From the NCBI GenBank assembly GCA_002269645.1, contig NIVC01000225.1:598416-662415 (forward strand): DNA of 64,000 bases, read 5' to 3'. The notes under the pieces were generated by a model. It did not search any database. It was not told where the DNA came from and was given only the letters and a program-made list of their open reading frames with translations. Made by a program: the position numbers and the translations under genes. Positions 49,501 to 61,784 of this stretch are shown here, in pieces. This stretch comes from Macrostomum lignano (taxonomy: Eukaryota). How positions within the stretch are numbered: the first letter of the stretch is position 1; every line of letters starts with the position of its first letter.

Positions 49501-52031
49501 TCCGGCCCTCTCGTCTCCACTCCCCACTCTGAATCACAGTCATACGCTAGGTTCCTCATCTAGCCTTTGAAGTAAAAAATGTTTGCCGATCCCCCTCTCT
49601 TACTTAGACCTAGATCCTCAGCTGCTGGGCCAGCCTCCCAGATCCTCAGCTGCTGGGCCAGCCTCCCAGATCCTCAGTTGCTGGGCCAGCCTCCCAGATC
49701 CTCAGCTGCTGGGCCAGCCTCCCAGATCCTCAGTTGCTGGGCCAGCCTCCCAAATCCTCAGTTGCTGGGCCACCAGCCTCCCAGATCCTCAGTTGCTGGG
49801 CCAGCCTCCCAGATCCTCAGTTGCTTGGCCAGCCTCCCAGAGTGTCAGTTGCTTGGCCAGCCTCCCAGATCCTCAGTTGCTAAGCCAGCCTCCCAGATCC
49901 TCAGTTGCTGGACCAGCCTCCCAGATCCTCAGTTGTTGGGCCAGCCTTTCAGATCCCCATTTGCTGGGCCAGCCTCCCAGATCCTCAGTTGCTGGGCCAG
50001 CCTCCCAGATCCTCAGTTGGCACCTCCCGCACCCGCAGGTATCAGCGTCGTGGAGCCTCCGGCGTCAACAGCGGGCCCAGCGGCTCTAGAGGCGGCGGCG
50101 GAGGCAGCGGCAGTGGTGTCGGCCCTCCCGCCACCTCGCACATGCCGACAGCCCGCGAAGCGCTTGACCAACTGGTGTCCCTTGCCCCGGGTGTTCGCGA
50201 ATTCGCTGCCAACGCTCTCGCCCAGTCGGCGGCCGCCCAGCGCGAGCTCGACGCGAACGGCTACGCTGAGAATCCCGAAGAGTTTCCCACCCTTACCGGA
50301 GAAACTCAAACTAAATTTGTTGGCCGACAAGCGGCTAAAGCTACTGAGGAAGATTTCCCCAGCTTACCGTCGGCTTCTTCAACTGCCCCGGCTGCGACGG
50401 AAGCGAGCAGCCAACAGCAGCAGCAGCAGCAGGTTCCGCCCCCACCGGTGTACAGCGGCCCAAGGCGAATGCCAGCCGCGATTCCATTCACCAGCCTGGT
50501 GTCCGGCAATAATGCCCCACCATCCTCTGCCGCTAATCTAGAGGAGGAATATCCCACGCTAGGTCGGCCGGTAGGCTCTGCTAGCGCCGCCTCTAACTCA
50601 ATCTGGGGCCCGCCATCGGCTACTAGCAGTAGTAGCGCTAGCAAACCAAATATCAGTAGTAATGCCAATAAAAAGGTTAAGAAGCCGCCGCCGTCAACTA
50701 GCAGCGCTAATGACTTCCCGTCGCTGCCGCAACCGTCTGGTCCGCCGCCGCAGCCGTCGGCCGTTGCTAAGCCGACGCCTAAGCCGCGGACGAGGCCCCC
50801 TACAGCGCCGCCCCAGCCGCAAAAGCCGACAGCGGCTCCCGAGGCTTCCAAGCAGCAACAGCAGCCACCGCCGCCGCCCCCAGATCCTGTCGAGTATCGA
50901 CCAGCCCCGAATCTTCGCTATCAGCAACTTGGCAGCGGCGGCGGCGGAGCTGCGTCGGTGGCGCTCCAACCAGACGAGCCGACAGTCTACCGGCCAATGA
51001 ATTCCATTGCCTGCGCATCTTTCGACTCGCTGCATCAGCAGCAGCCAGCGCAGCAGAAAAAGCAAGAGAAGTTCTCTTTAGTTGAAGATTTTCCTGGACT
51101 GCCGGCTCCGGCCTCTTCCGCTCCGATGGCTTCTAGGAACAATAACACTACTAAGAGTAGCAACAGCGCAAAGAATCGTTTCGCCGCTTTAAACGATTCG
51201 TCCCCTATTGATTTTGTGGGTGATGGCGATGACTGGTCGGAATGGCCGGCAGCTGTCAGTCAGCAAAAGCAACAACAACAGCAACAGCAGAAGTCTCTAA
51301 ATTCCAAGCAGAAGTCTACCGCGGGGGCTGCCTTCTCCGGGCAGATGGACGATTTCCCGACTCTTGGGGGTCCGTCCTCTTCTTCAGGTGCTTCAGCTGC
51401 TCCCGTGTGGCGCAAAGATGGCCGCTCGCAGCCCAAGCAGCAGCAGCAGCAGGAAAAATATTTTGCTCCTTCCACGCCTCTCGGATTAAGTGCCTCAGCG
51501 CAGTCTGTAGCCGGCGGGAAAAAGCAGAAAAAGAAACAACAGAAACAGCAACAGGAAAAGAAACAATTAGAGTTGCAGTCGGATTCTACTGCAAGCCAGC
51601 AGCAGCAGCAGCAGCAACAACCGCCGCCTAGAAATGCCTCTTGGTGCGATCTGCTTGTGCGCGAGCAGTACACCTACTCGCCACCGGAAGGGCTCCTTCA
51701 GAGACAGGGTCAACTATTGGAACGCTTGCAAGCCTGTCTGGCTGACCAAGAAAAGTTTACTAGCTTTGCTAAAGCTTCATCAGAGTACCTGCAAGGCCAA
51801 TTAGAGCCTGAGCAGTTTCTCAGCAAAGCCGTCAATCTGCTTGGCGGGAAACAGTGGCGACTGATAGCTGCGGATTTGATCAGCACCCTGCCTAGCATTA
51901 GCAGGCAGAGAGACTTGCGCAAACGGTTGCCGGATGAATTGCGCTCGGCGTTGGCTGTGTGCGACACCTGCGCCCAGACTCTGCTGCCCGAAGATCTTGA
52001 CGGGCATCGGTGCATGCAGATTGAAGAGTAG
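46518..52031 (+). CDS. ZNF598: ZNF598/Hel2 E3 ubiquitin ligase (ribosome quality control), 5 exons, ~937 aa
   Basis: Exons 46518-46682, 46772-47008, 48333-48615, 49262-49397, 50039-52031 (2814 nt, phases consistent). N-terminal RING CLVC..IGECNHTVCAKC..CPICR; C2H2 cluster with GHPKCQIC, HFMCHIC, HYVCQEGPC..FTNVFATENELRAH; C-terminal CDTC..H. Confidence 0.92.
47045..48290. repeat. 31-bp minisatellite (TAGAAATCGCCCTCACAGTCCTATCTCTCTC)n filling ZNF598 intron 2
   Basis: Visible tandem units with a recurring variant. Confidence 0.97.
48660..49150. repeat. 22-bp minisatellite (GATGTCAGTAGGTTCTAATTAG)n filling ZNF598 intron 3
   Basis: Visible tandem units. Confidence 0.97.
49612..50018 (+). repeat. 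28-bp minisatellite, copy 2 of 3, at the 3' end of ZNF598 intron 4
   Basis: Same unit as the arrays at 22183 and 53397. Confidence 0.97.
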
Positions 52032-52189
52032 CTAGAGGGAACTGTTATTGATTTGCACCCTATGCGTGCTTGTGTGCTAGGTGTTGGCGTGTGGTTATTC
52101 AATTACACTGGTGAGCAATGAGCACTGGCACTGTGCATTCAGTGCCTTGCAATCTCTTTCCTAGCAGCGACAGGTATTGTGGCAGAGTT

Positions 52190-52755
52190 GCAGGCACTAG
52201 GGTAGAGTCACAGATACTAGGGTAGAGTGACAGGCACTAGGGTAAAGTGGCAGGCACTAGGGTAAAGTGACAGGCACTAGGGTAAAGTGACAGGCACTAG
52301 GGTAGAGTGACAGGCACTAGGGTAGAGTGACAGGCACTAGGGTAGAGTGACAGGCACTAGGGTAGAGTGACAGGCACTAGGGTAGAGTGACAGGCACTAG
52401 GGTAGAGTGATAGGCATTAGGATAGAGTGACAGATACTAGGGTAGAGTCACAGGCACTAGGGTAGAGTGATAGGCACTAGGGTAGAGTCAAGTGATATAC
52501 TGTGGTAGAGTCACAGACACTAGGGTAGAGTCGCAGACACTAGGGTAGAGTCACAGATACTAGGGTAGAGTCATAGACACTAGTGTAGAGTCACAGACAC
52601 TAGGGTAGAGTCACAGACACTAGGGTAGACTCACAGACTCTAGGGTAGAGTCACAGGCACTAGGGTAGAGTGATAGGCACTAGGGTAGAGTCAAGTGATA
52701 TACTGTGGTAGAGTCACAGACACTAGTGTAGAGTCACAGACACTAGGGTAGAGTA
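52190..52755. repeat. 20-bp minisatellite (CAGGCACTAGGGTAGAGTGA)n just downstream of the ZNF598 stop
   Basis: Visible tandem units. Confidence 0.96.
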
Positions 52756-53396
52756 GCTCATAGACAGCCAGGCAAGCAGACACTGTCATGCCCCTATGAG
52801 TATGATGGAGTAATGATTTCATAACACAGTGCATACAGCATACCTGCAGATAAACCCTGATTGCTAGGAAAGTTAAAAAAACACCAGTTATCGCGTTTTT
52901 TAATCTTATAATATTTTTGTTTAGCTTCTACATTATTTGTACTCTACTATTTTAAAACTGACTTCGGTTGAGACCTTCTGACCACAATTAGAGGTTTTAG
53001 TAACTTGTAAGCTTAAAAGTAATAAATTTCTTAAAAGCCTTAATTGTTTTGTTGTATTCCACTATTTGAAAAACTGCCATTTTTTAATAATATAGTTCTC
53101 CGTGAACAAAAAGATGATAAAATTTCAACTAAACTAATTAGAGGTTTTCAGAAAGTTTTCGTTCTATTTCATATGAAAGCTTTAAGTAAACTATGACATT
53201 GATAAGCAACTTTGGTTCATGAATATTAATATGCAACCATGAATTTTTGGGGTCGATTATTGCACCTTTATTTCCAAATGTACTTTTGTTGTCGAAGAAT
53301 TCCATTCTAATTTTATCTTGCGATTCATGTCGAGATATTTTTGGTGCGAACTTCATTACGAACTATATCACTTAGTTTACATTGATATCACATGAG

Positions 53397-53870
53397 AGCC
53401 TCCCAGATCCTCAGTTGCTGGGCCAGCCTCCCAGATCCTCAGTTGCTGGGCCAGCCTCCCAGATCCTCAGTTGCTGGGCCAGCCTCCCAGATCCTCAGTT
53501 GCTAAGCCAGCCTCCCAGATCCTCTGTTGCTGGGCCAGCCTCCCAAAGTGTCAGTTGCTGGGCCAGCCTCCCAGATCCTCTGTTGCTGGGCCAGCCTCCC
53601 AGAGTGTCAGTTGCAGGGCCAGCCTCCCAGATCCTCTGTTGCTGGGCCAGCCTCCCAGAGTGTCAGTTGCTGGGCCAGCCTCCCAGATCCTCAGTTGCTG
53701 GGCCAGCCTCCCAGATCCTCAATTGCAGGGCCAGCCTCCCAGATCCTCAGTTGCTGGGCCAGCCTCCCAGATCCTCAGTTGCTGAGCCAGCCTCCCAGAT
53801 CCTCAGTTGCTGGGCCAGCCTCCCAGATCCTCAGTTGCTGGGCCAGCCTCCCGGATCCTCAGTTGCTGGG
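53397..53870 (+). repeat. 28-bp minisatellite, copy 3 of 3, intergenic
   Basis: Same unit as the arrays at 22183 and 49612. Confidence 0.97.
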
Positions 53871-54983
53871 GCGCGACCGCAGAAGCCAAGCCTTCACCAA
53901 GACTAAACTATTTGGATATTCATATGCTATCTACGAGCTAGTTCAGCTGCCGATGGGATTCCTAATTGGCTCTATCAAATTTTGTAAACCCTTTTCAGGC
54001 AAATCTTCATCAAATCATGATTCTCTACTATTTAGCTCTCAATATTTCGCATCAACTAAGTTCATCGTGTTCTTTCTTTAGTGCTTTTTGCGACTAACCT
54101 TTAGAAGATTCGGAATTGACTTCGATTAGTAGTTGTCAAATTCAGCAGCATTCGGTTGTGTTTAGCTTTTGCCTATTCACCTGTTCTGCTCTGTCTGCTA
54201 CTAATTACTACCTTGACTAATTATCGATCACTAATGAGCGATAAAGCGTGAAACGTTAATAAATAGATTGGCATATTTAACCGGCTTTAATCTATGCCGG
54301 GTTTTAAAAACATTAAAGATAAAGAAAGGCACAAAAACGGTTTTATTTATAAATTGATATCGTTTTCGTGTTTTATTACTCACAGTAGCTGCAGGTTGTA
54401 AAATAATTAATGCTACATAGGCAGAATGTTTGCAGCTCATTTCATAGTCTTTGACCTGCCTTCTAAACACTGGACCATTCTATTCTATTCCTATCCCTCC
54501 CTCGTTTCTTTCTCAACTGCGCTTCTCTAAGCCAGCTGAGTAGATTCGTGTGCAGTTGTTAAGTAAACTGCCTATTTTACGCGCACTGCTCTGCTCGCCT
54601 TCTACCTCTTCTCTTCTCTGTCGATTCAAGATTGCTCATTTTTATTTCTTACCAGCACAGCCTGCATTAGCCTTGCCTCTAGGTAGAGGTAATTAAGAGA
54701 GAGAGAGAGAGGGCCACAGCCACCTCAACCTCCCCCTGACAACAGCCTAGTGACAGCTTATTCGAATATCGCTCAGTGTATTATTGTGTGTACTCAAGAT
54801 TTTCTAAACTAGCCTATATAGACAAAGTGGCAAGGTGCGATCTTAACTATAAAATCTAAATTTTTAAAACACTAAAATTTAAACCTGTTTTTTAAATCAT
54901 AATTAAATCGACACTCGAGGACATCCGTACAGCGTTGGCTTGAGAATAATCGTAGTTTTAGTGTTGTTTCAAAGTATAGATAA

Positions 54984-57900
54984 ATGTCTCTCACTGCTGA
55001 AGACGTTTCGAACATGCCTGACGAGTGTGAAAATTTGTCAGTTGGTCCGGAGGGTGGCGATGGCTGTCCACCGTATGGTCAGTATCCAACTGATACCAGA
55101 TTTAGGCGGCCGGATTATAAGTTCTACAAGACCCTTGGTAAGTACGAGTATGCTGGAGTGTAAGGGACAGCCCATCGAGTGTGAGGGACAGACCATCGAG
55201 TGTGAGGGACAGACCATAGGGTGTGAGGGACAGACCATAGGGTGTGAGGGACAGACCATAGAGTGTGAGGGACAGACCCTAGAGTGTGAGGGACAGACCA
55301 TCGAGTGTGAGGGACAGACCATAGAGTGTGAGGGACAGACCCTAGAGTGTGAGGGACAGACCATCGAGTGTGAGGGACAGACCATCGAGTGTGAGGGACA
55401 GACCATAGAGTGTGAGGGACAGACCCTAGAGTGTGAGGGACAGACCATCGAGTGTGAGGGACAGACCCTAGAGTGTGAGGGACAGACCATCGAGTGTGAG
55501 GGACAGACCCTAGAGTGTGAGGGACAGACCATCGAGTGTGAGGGACAGACCCTAGAGTGTGAGGGACAGACCATCGAGTGTGAGGGACAGACCCTAGAGT
55601 GTGAGGGACAGACCCTAGAGTGTGAGGGACAGACCCTAGAGTGTGAGGGACAGACCATCGAGTGTGAGGGACAGACCATCGAGTGTAAGGGACAGCCCAT
55701 CGAGTGTGAGGGACAGCCCATCGAGTGTGAGGGACAGACCATCGAGTGTGAGGGACAGACCATCGAGTGTGAGGGACAAACCATAGAGTGAGGGACAGAC
55801 CAGAGTGTGAGGGACAGACCATCGAGTGTGAGGGACAGACCATCGAGTGTGAGGGACAGACCATAGGGTGTGAGGGACAGACCATAGAGTGTGAGGGACA
55901 GACCATAGAGTGTGAGGGACAGACCATCGAGTGTGAGGGACAGACGATAGGGTGTGAGGGACAGACCATAGAGTGTGAGGGACAGACCATAGGGTATGAG
56001 GGACAGACCATCGAGTGTGAGGGACAGACTATAGGGTGTGAGGGACAGACCATAGGGTGTGAGGGACAGACCATAGAGTGTGAGGGACAGACCATAGAGT
56101 GTGAGGGACAGACCATCGAGTGTGAGGGACAGACCATCGAGTGTGAGGGACAGACCATCGAGTGTGAGGGACAGACCATAGAGTGTGAGGGACAGACCAT
56201 CGAGTGTGAGGGACAGACTATAGGGTGTGAGGGACAGACCATAGGGTGTGAGGGACAGACCATAGAGTGTGAGGGACAGACCATAGAGTGTGAGGGACAG
56301 ACCATCGAGTGTGAGGGACAGACCATCGAGTGTGAGGGACAGACCATCGAGTGTGAGGGACAGACCATAGAGTGTGAGGGACAGACCATCGAGTGTGAGG
56401 GACAGACCATAGAGTGTGAGGGACAGACCATCGAGTGTGAGGGACAGACCATAGGGTATGAGGGACAGACCATAGAGTGTGAGGCACAGACCATAGAGTG
56501 TGAGGGACAGACCATCGAGTGTGAGGGACAGACCATCGAGTGTGAGGGACAGACCATAGGGTATGAGGGACAGACCATAGAGTGAGGGACAGACCATAGA
56601 GTGTGAGCGACAGACCATCGGGTGTGAGGGACAGACCATAGAGTGTGAGGGACAGACCATAGAGTGTGAGGGACAGACCATCGAGTGTGAGGGACAGACC
56701 ATCGAGTGTGAGGGACAGACTATAGGGTGTGAGGGACAGACCATAGGGTGTGAGGGACAGACCATAGAGTGTGAGGGACAGACCATAGGGTATGAGGGAC
56801 AGACCATCGAGTGTGAGGGACAGACCATCGAGTGTGAGGGACAGACCATAGGGTATGAGGGACAGACCATCGAGTGTGAGGGACAGACCATCGAGTGTGA
56901 GGGACAGACCATCGAGTGTGAGGGACAGACCATCGAGTGTGAGGGACAGACCATAGGGTATGAGGGACAGACCATAGAGTGAGGGACAGACCATAGAGTG
57001 TGAGGGACAGACCATCGAGTGTGAGAGACAGACTATAGGGTGTGAGGGACAGACCATCGAGTGTGAGGGACAGACCATAGGGTGTGAGGGACAGACCATA
57101 GAGTGTGAGGGACAGACCATCGAGTGTGAGGGACAGACCATAGAGTGTGAGGGACAGACCATCGAGTGTGAGGGACAGACCATAGGGTATGAGGGACAGA
57201 CCATAGAGTGAGGGACAGACCATAGAGTGTGAGGGACAGACCCTAGAGTGTGAGGGACAGACCATCGAGTGTGAGGGACAGACCCTAGAGTGTGAGGGAC
57301 AGACCATCGAGTGTGAGGGACAGACCATAGGGTATGAGGGACAGACCATAGAGTGTGAGGGACAGACCATCGAGTGTGAGAGACAGACTATAGGGTGTGA
57401 GGGACAGACCATCGAGTGTGAGGGACAGACCATAGGGTGTGAGGGACAGACCATAGAGTGTGAGGGACAGACCATCGAGTGTGAGGGACAGACCATAGAG
57501 TGTGAGGGACAGACCATCGAGTGTGAGGGACAGACGATAGGGTGTGAGGGACAGACCATAGAGTGTGAGGGACAGACCATAGGGTGTGAGGGACAGACCA
57601 TAGAGTGTGAGGGACAAACCAGAGTGTGAGCAAGAGCTCATTGTATTAATGACAGAAAATGGAAAGGGAAGGACAGATCCTCGACATCTGCTATTAAAAT
57701 AAAAGCTGATTTTCAACAAAAAATTACTCATCGATCGCACATGAGAACAGACGATTCGACGGAGTTTCTCCAACGAGTTCAGCAGCCACTGCCGCCCCCG
57801 CCGCCTCCACCGGTTCAACCTTCTCCTGAGCAGCAGCAGTCGCGATCAACTTCTCGACGCCCGGCAACTGCCTACGCCAGATGGCCACCGCGTCACCGAC

Positions 57901-59479
57901 ATCAGCAGATGCCGGCGCCCCCGCGAGAGCCCGAGCCAGGCTGGAGGCCCATCTACCCTGAGCCGGATCTGTCCACTCCGCGCCGCTCACGACCCGTCAC
58001 CGCGCCGTCAAACAGATCTGGCAGTGCCGCTAGGGCCGCTTCGGCGACTAAAAGTATACGAGGTGTCGACGTCAGCGACGCCGACAACAACGAGGTTGTT
58101 GCTATGCCAACGACAGCGGAACTCGGAGAGCCGCCGTCGCCGCAGCCAGTTCAACTGACGACCCCGACGCCTCTAACTGTCGTCGATTTCAAAGAAGCGG
58201 CCTGCGCCCCGACTCAACAGCTGCAGCAGCCGGTGCCGCCACCACCGCCCCCTCCGCCGCCGCCTCCCCCAGCATCATCTTCGGCTGCTCGATTCTATCG
58301 ACCAAAAACTGCCCCGGGACGAGTGGCTTCCGCGGCGTCAGCGTCAGCGATGGCTGCTTCTGGTGGCCTGCAGATTCAAGGCCACCGACTCCTGCCTGCG
58401 GAGCGAGCGAAATCGGCGAAATCTGGCAGCAGCGGCGGCGGCGGCATCCGGCAGCTGTCTGAAGCCTACGATCGGGCTCTGGCTGTGCACGGCTGGCGTA
58501 TGGAGGTGCCCGGAGATCCGTTTGGCATCAAGTGAGCGATTCTATGCAATATTTGTTCAAGTTAACTATTGGAGTTAATGTGCTTTTCAAATTCGTACAC
58601 ATATTTGATTCCAGTCAGTATAATCCCTGAGATAGTGGAATTTCAGGCTGAAGTTCATTAAGATTTTATCCCGAGCGCTCCTTGTTCTTCGCTGCCTTTT
58701 GTTAGTTATTTTGTTGATGCTGTTTTTGTTGTTGTTGATATTGTTGTTGATGTTGTCGTTGTTGATGGTGTTGTTGCTGTTGTTGTTGATGATGATTATG
58801 TTGTTGTTGATGTTGTTGTTAATTTTGATGATGTTGATGTTTTTTTGTTGTTAATGTTGTTGTTGTTGATGATGTTGTTGTTGATGTTGTTGTTTTTGAT
58901 GATGTTGATGTTGTTGATTTTGATTATGTTGATGTTGTTGTTAATATTGTTGTTAATGTATTTGCTATGTTGTTGTTAATGTTGTTGCTAATGTTAATGA
59001 TGATGATGTTGTTGACGATGATGCTGTTTTTGTTGATGATATTGTTGTTGTTGTTGTTGATGATTATGATGTTGCTTTTTGCTGTTTTTATTATTTCGAT
59101 AAATCTCAAATCTCAGAATTTATTATTTGATTTTCTAGGTAGTTTTTAAGTGATACTTTGTTCTGCATCAAAGTTGATCACCACGCTACTTTGACATATC
59201 AACTACATTCCCTGATCGCTCCCAACCCTCAGGCACCACCTGGTTCCGGAGCGGAAGCCATTCTCCGTGACGGTTCCCGAGCCCACCGTGAAGCCGCTGC
59301 CGCCGCGCATGCGCCGCACCAATCGGTTCACATTTTTCCACACCACAATGCCCCGGGTGGTGATGAGCTTCGATATTCATCCGAATTTCACGTCCGAGCA
59401 GTACGCCAAAACCCGGGCTGCCCTGGTGAAGCAGGGCAAGTGGGATTATCGGTACCGCGACTTCTCGTTCATTTACTGA
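54984..59479 (+). CDS. Uncharacterised Pro-rich protein (~393 aa), 3 exons
   Basis: Exons 54984-55137 (MSLTAEDV..RRPDYKFYKTL, donor GTAAGT), 57751-58531 (..AYDRALAVHGWRMEVPGDPFGIK, donor GTGAGC) and 59233-59479 (HHLVPERKPFSVTVPEP..SFDIHPNFTSE..FIY*); 1182 nt, phases consistent. The exon 1 link is less certain; the alternative start is ATG 57741. Confidence 0.72.
55155..57630. repeat. ~2.5-kb 21-bp minisatellite (GAGTGTGAGGGACAGACCATC)n filling intron 1 of the uncharacterised gene
   Basis: Visible tandem units. Confidence 0.98.
58695..59085. repeat. (GTT/GAT)n trinucleotide tract in intron 2
   Basis: Visible. Confidence 0.95.
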
Positions 59480-61784
59480 TCGATGCTTTCCCCGGGGACT
59501 CTTATTTCTCTAAGTGGATGTCAGCTTCAGCGCCACTGGACTGCAACCGACTGCAATATTGATAGCCGGGATAACCCGGATAGTGGATTCCAAACACCTC
59601 AGACCAGGTCCCATAGTAAACGCGTCTGACTTTAGCGCCACAGGACCCCTGGTTTGATTTACATTCATTTGGGGCTTGTGCGCATAAAAATTGGCCAGGG
59701 GAGCCCCCAAGACACAGAGAGTGTACATGCCTGACGATTAGAAAGTCAGGGCCGCTGTACACCCTGTCTGATCGTGGGTATGAGTGCGTATATGTGCCCA
59801 AGAGTCAGTCTTATTTTGTGACGATGTTGCAAGACTGCTTTTTTCTAAAACTTGTTATTGGTTTATTCAAATCTCTCACTTCGACTCGCAAGGCTCTAGA
59901 ATGGAACCGAGTTAACGCAGGATCCAACAGGATCACAAGCGTTTGCACATGATCACAGATACTTCCCAATATTCTAGTTTATCTCTTTCATGGAGGCTGC
60001 CTGGACAGGTTATGGGTATTGCAGTTGGTCTCATTCCGGTGGCTGCTTTATTTAACATCCTCACTCTGTTTATTTTCAAAAAGAAAAAGTTCGGCTAGAT
60101 TGATTCGTTTATTTGGAGGAAGTATTTTTAGTATATGTGACTAGCGGTTTTAGCCCCCCTCTGGGGGTTTTGGAAATAGCTTTAAACAGCCGATTCACGA
60201 GGAACAGTTCTTGTAAGGTGATCCTCTTGTGAAATTTGTATTTTTAATTCGAGGTTTGAAATAATCATCATTTATGACTCGAAACTTGTAACTCTTTTGT
60301 TTTGTTACACAATACGTGTTTATACAATCATATATTATCTGTGGATACTATATCAGGTTTATCAGCTATTTTACTCTTGCTATTTATGTGTGTCTGAAGC
60401 ATTGGATATGAGCGAGTGTGTGTGCATGACTGAGATTGTATTTGTGTGCATGAATATTCAAGTGCTATATTCAATTATATCTGTTTAATAAATAATATGT
60501 TTGAATTTCTAAACCTGAATATGCAGTGAGTAGATTCTACTGTCATTGTTTCGTTTGGTTTGATCAGCTTATTTATTTGTTTTAATCGACATTCTCTAGT
60601 ATCTCGTCCAAAACAAGATAAAATTATAGCTTTTCACTTCATACTACTGAGGCTGCTCGAGTAAGTAGTGTTAAAGTCAAGCGGTTTCTGATCACAATTT
60701 AGGTCTTAGGTGAATAGTACGCGTTACTTCAGTGAGCCAAACTCTCCCGTCAGCTTCAATTAGTTAATTAATTACCGACTCAAGTTGGGCTGAAAAATGC
60801 AGACAAGGAATCCAGCTATATAGCGATGCCGGTGCATCGCAGCTACGCCTCTCGCTTTCAATTAGTCCGAGATGGTGATGAGGGGGGCGCCGTCAGCTGC
60901 ATCCTTTGTTGTCCTGCATATCCTTACTAACGACTGAAGGTGACTGTAGTTGGATCAAGTGAAATTGACAATTTCTACCTTCCATAATATGATCATATAA
61001 TTAGTTCGGTATCCAAAAAAGTTTCCGGTAGCTAGACTAATTAATTAGATTTATAATTTAGCAAAGTAGCACAACTGATTCTGGCTTCATTTGGCGCTAA
61101 ATTTAGGCTTTATGTGGCGCTAAAATATAAGCTCCATTTGGCGCTAAAATTTCGTACCACAAGTATAGTATAGTGTAAAACCATCAATTGAAATCGACAC
61201 TAATATATGCATTAAAGCGAATAGAGCAATTGTGTGAAATATTGAGCTAGACAGGTCAAATGCAATCTACTTTTGAATATATCGATACTGTAAGAAAATA
61301 TGAAGCCCCCAGCCTACCGCGCACCTTTTAAATACATTGGATCGATTCTTATAGCTACATTCGGAAAGACCATTTTCAACTGATTCTAAGCAACATATAC
61401 AAGCCTGTGCATGCAAAATGCATATACTTCGTAGCTTTGAATAGTCTACAGCATGGAATGGAAGTATACAATATTGAGTCGCTTTGGGGGTGTTTTGGAC
61501 TTTTAGCCATGCATATCTTTTTAGTGAAAAGTTCTCTTTAGTAAAGCTACTATGTGGCGCCTCATCGCATTACACATGCAGTCAACGATACTACTAACCA
61601 TCGCTTGTAGTCAAGTGACTGAAACTTACGTATGATAATTTGGCATGTCTGAGGTCTTTCAGTCTTCAGCGCGTTTGTGTAATGACAATTAAGGGAAAGG
61701 CTCGATTCTCAGATTCTTAGGAGAGGCAGTAAGACAGACACCAAAGCCGATGCCAAGACAATAGGGCAGACTCTGTGACGGCCA

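Noticed and set aside
54940-57818. CEGQTIE / MVCPSHS repeat ORFs up to 645 aa
   Set aside because: A stop-poor 21-bp unit is open in several frames on both strands, frameshifted by 19-bp units, and lies within a GT-AG intron.
59950-60100. MGIAVGLIPVAALFNILTLFIFKKKKFG*, resembling GPCR TM1
   Set aside because: Stops after one helix, with no usable donor and no downstream TM2-7 found.
60860-61770. Possible minus-strand exons (donor GTAAGT at ~61630; terminal SLVRICRTTKDAADGAPLITISD*)
   Set aside because: No consistent reading frame or recognisable protein could be assembled.
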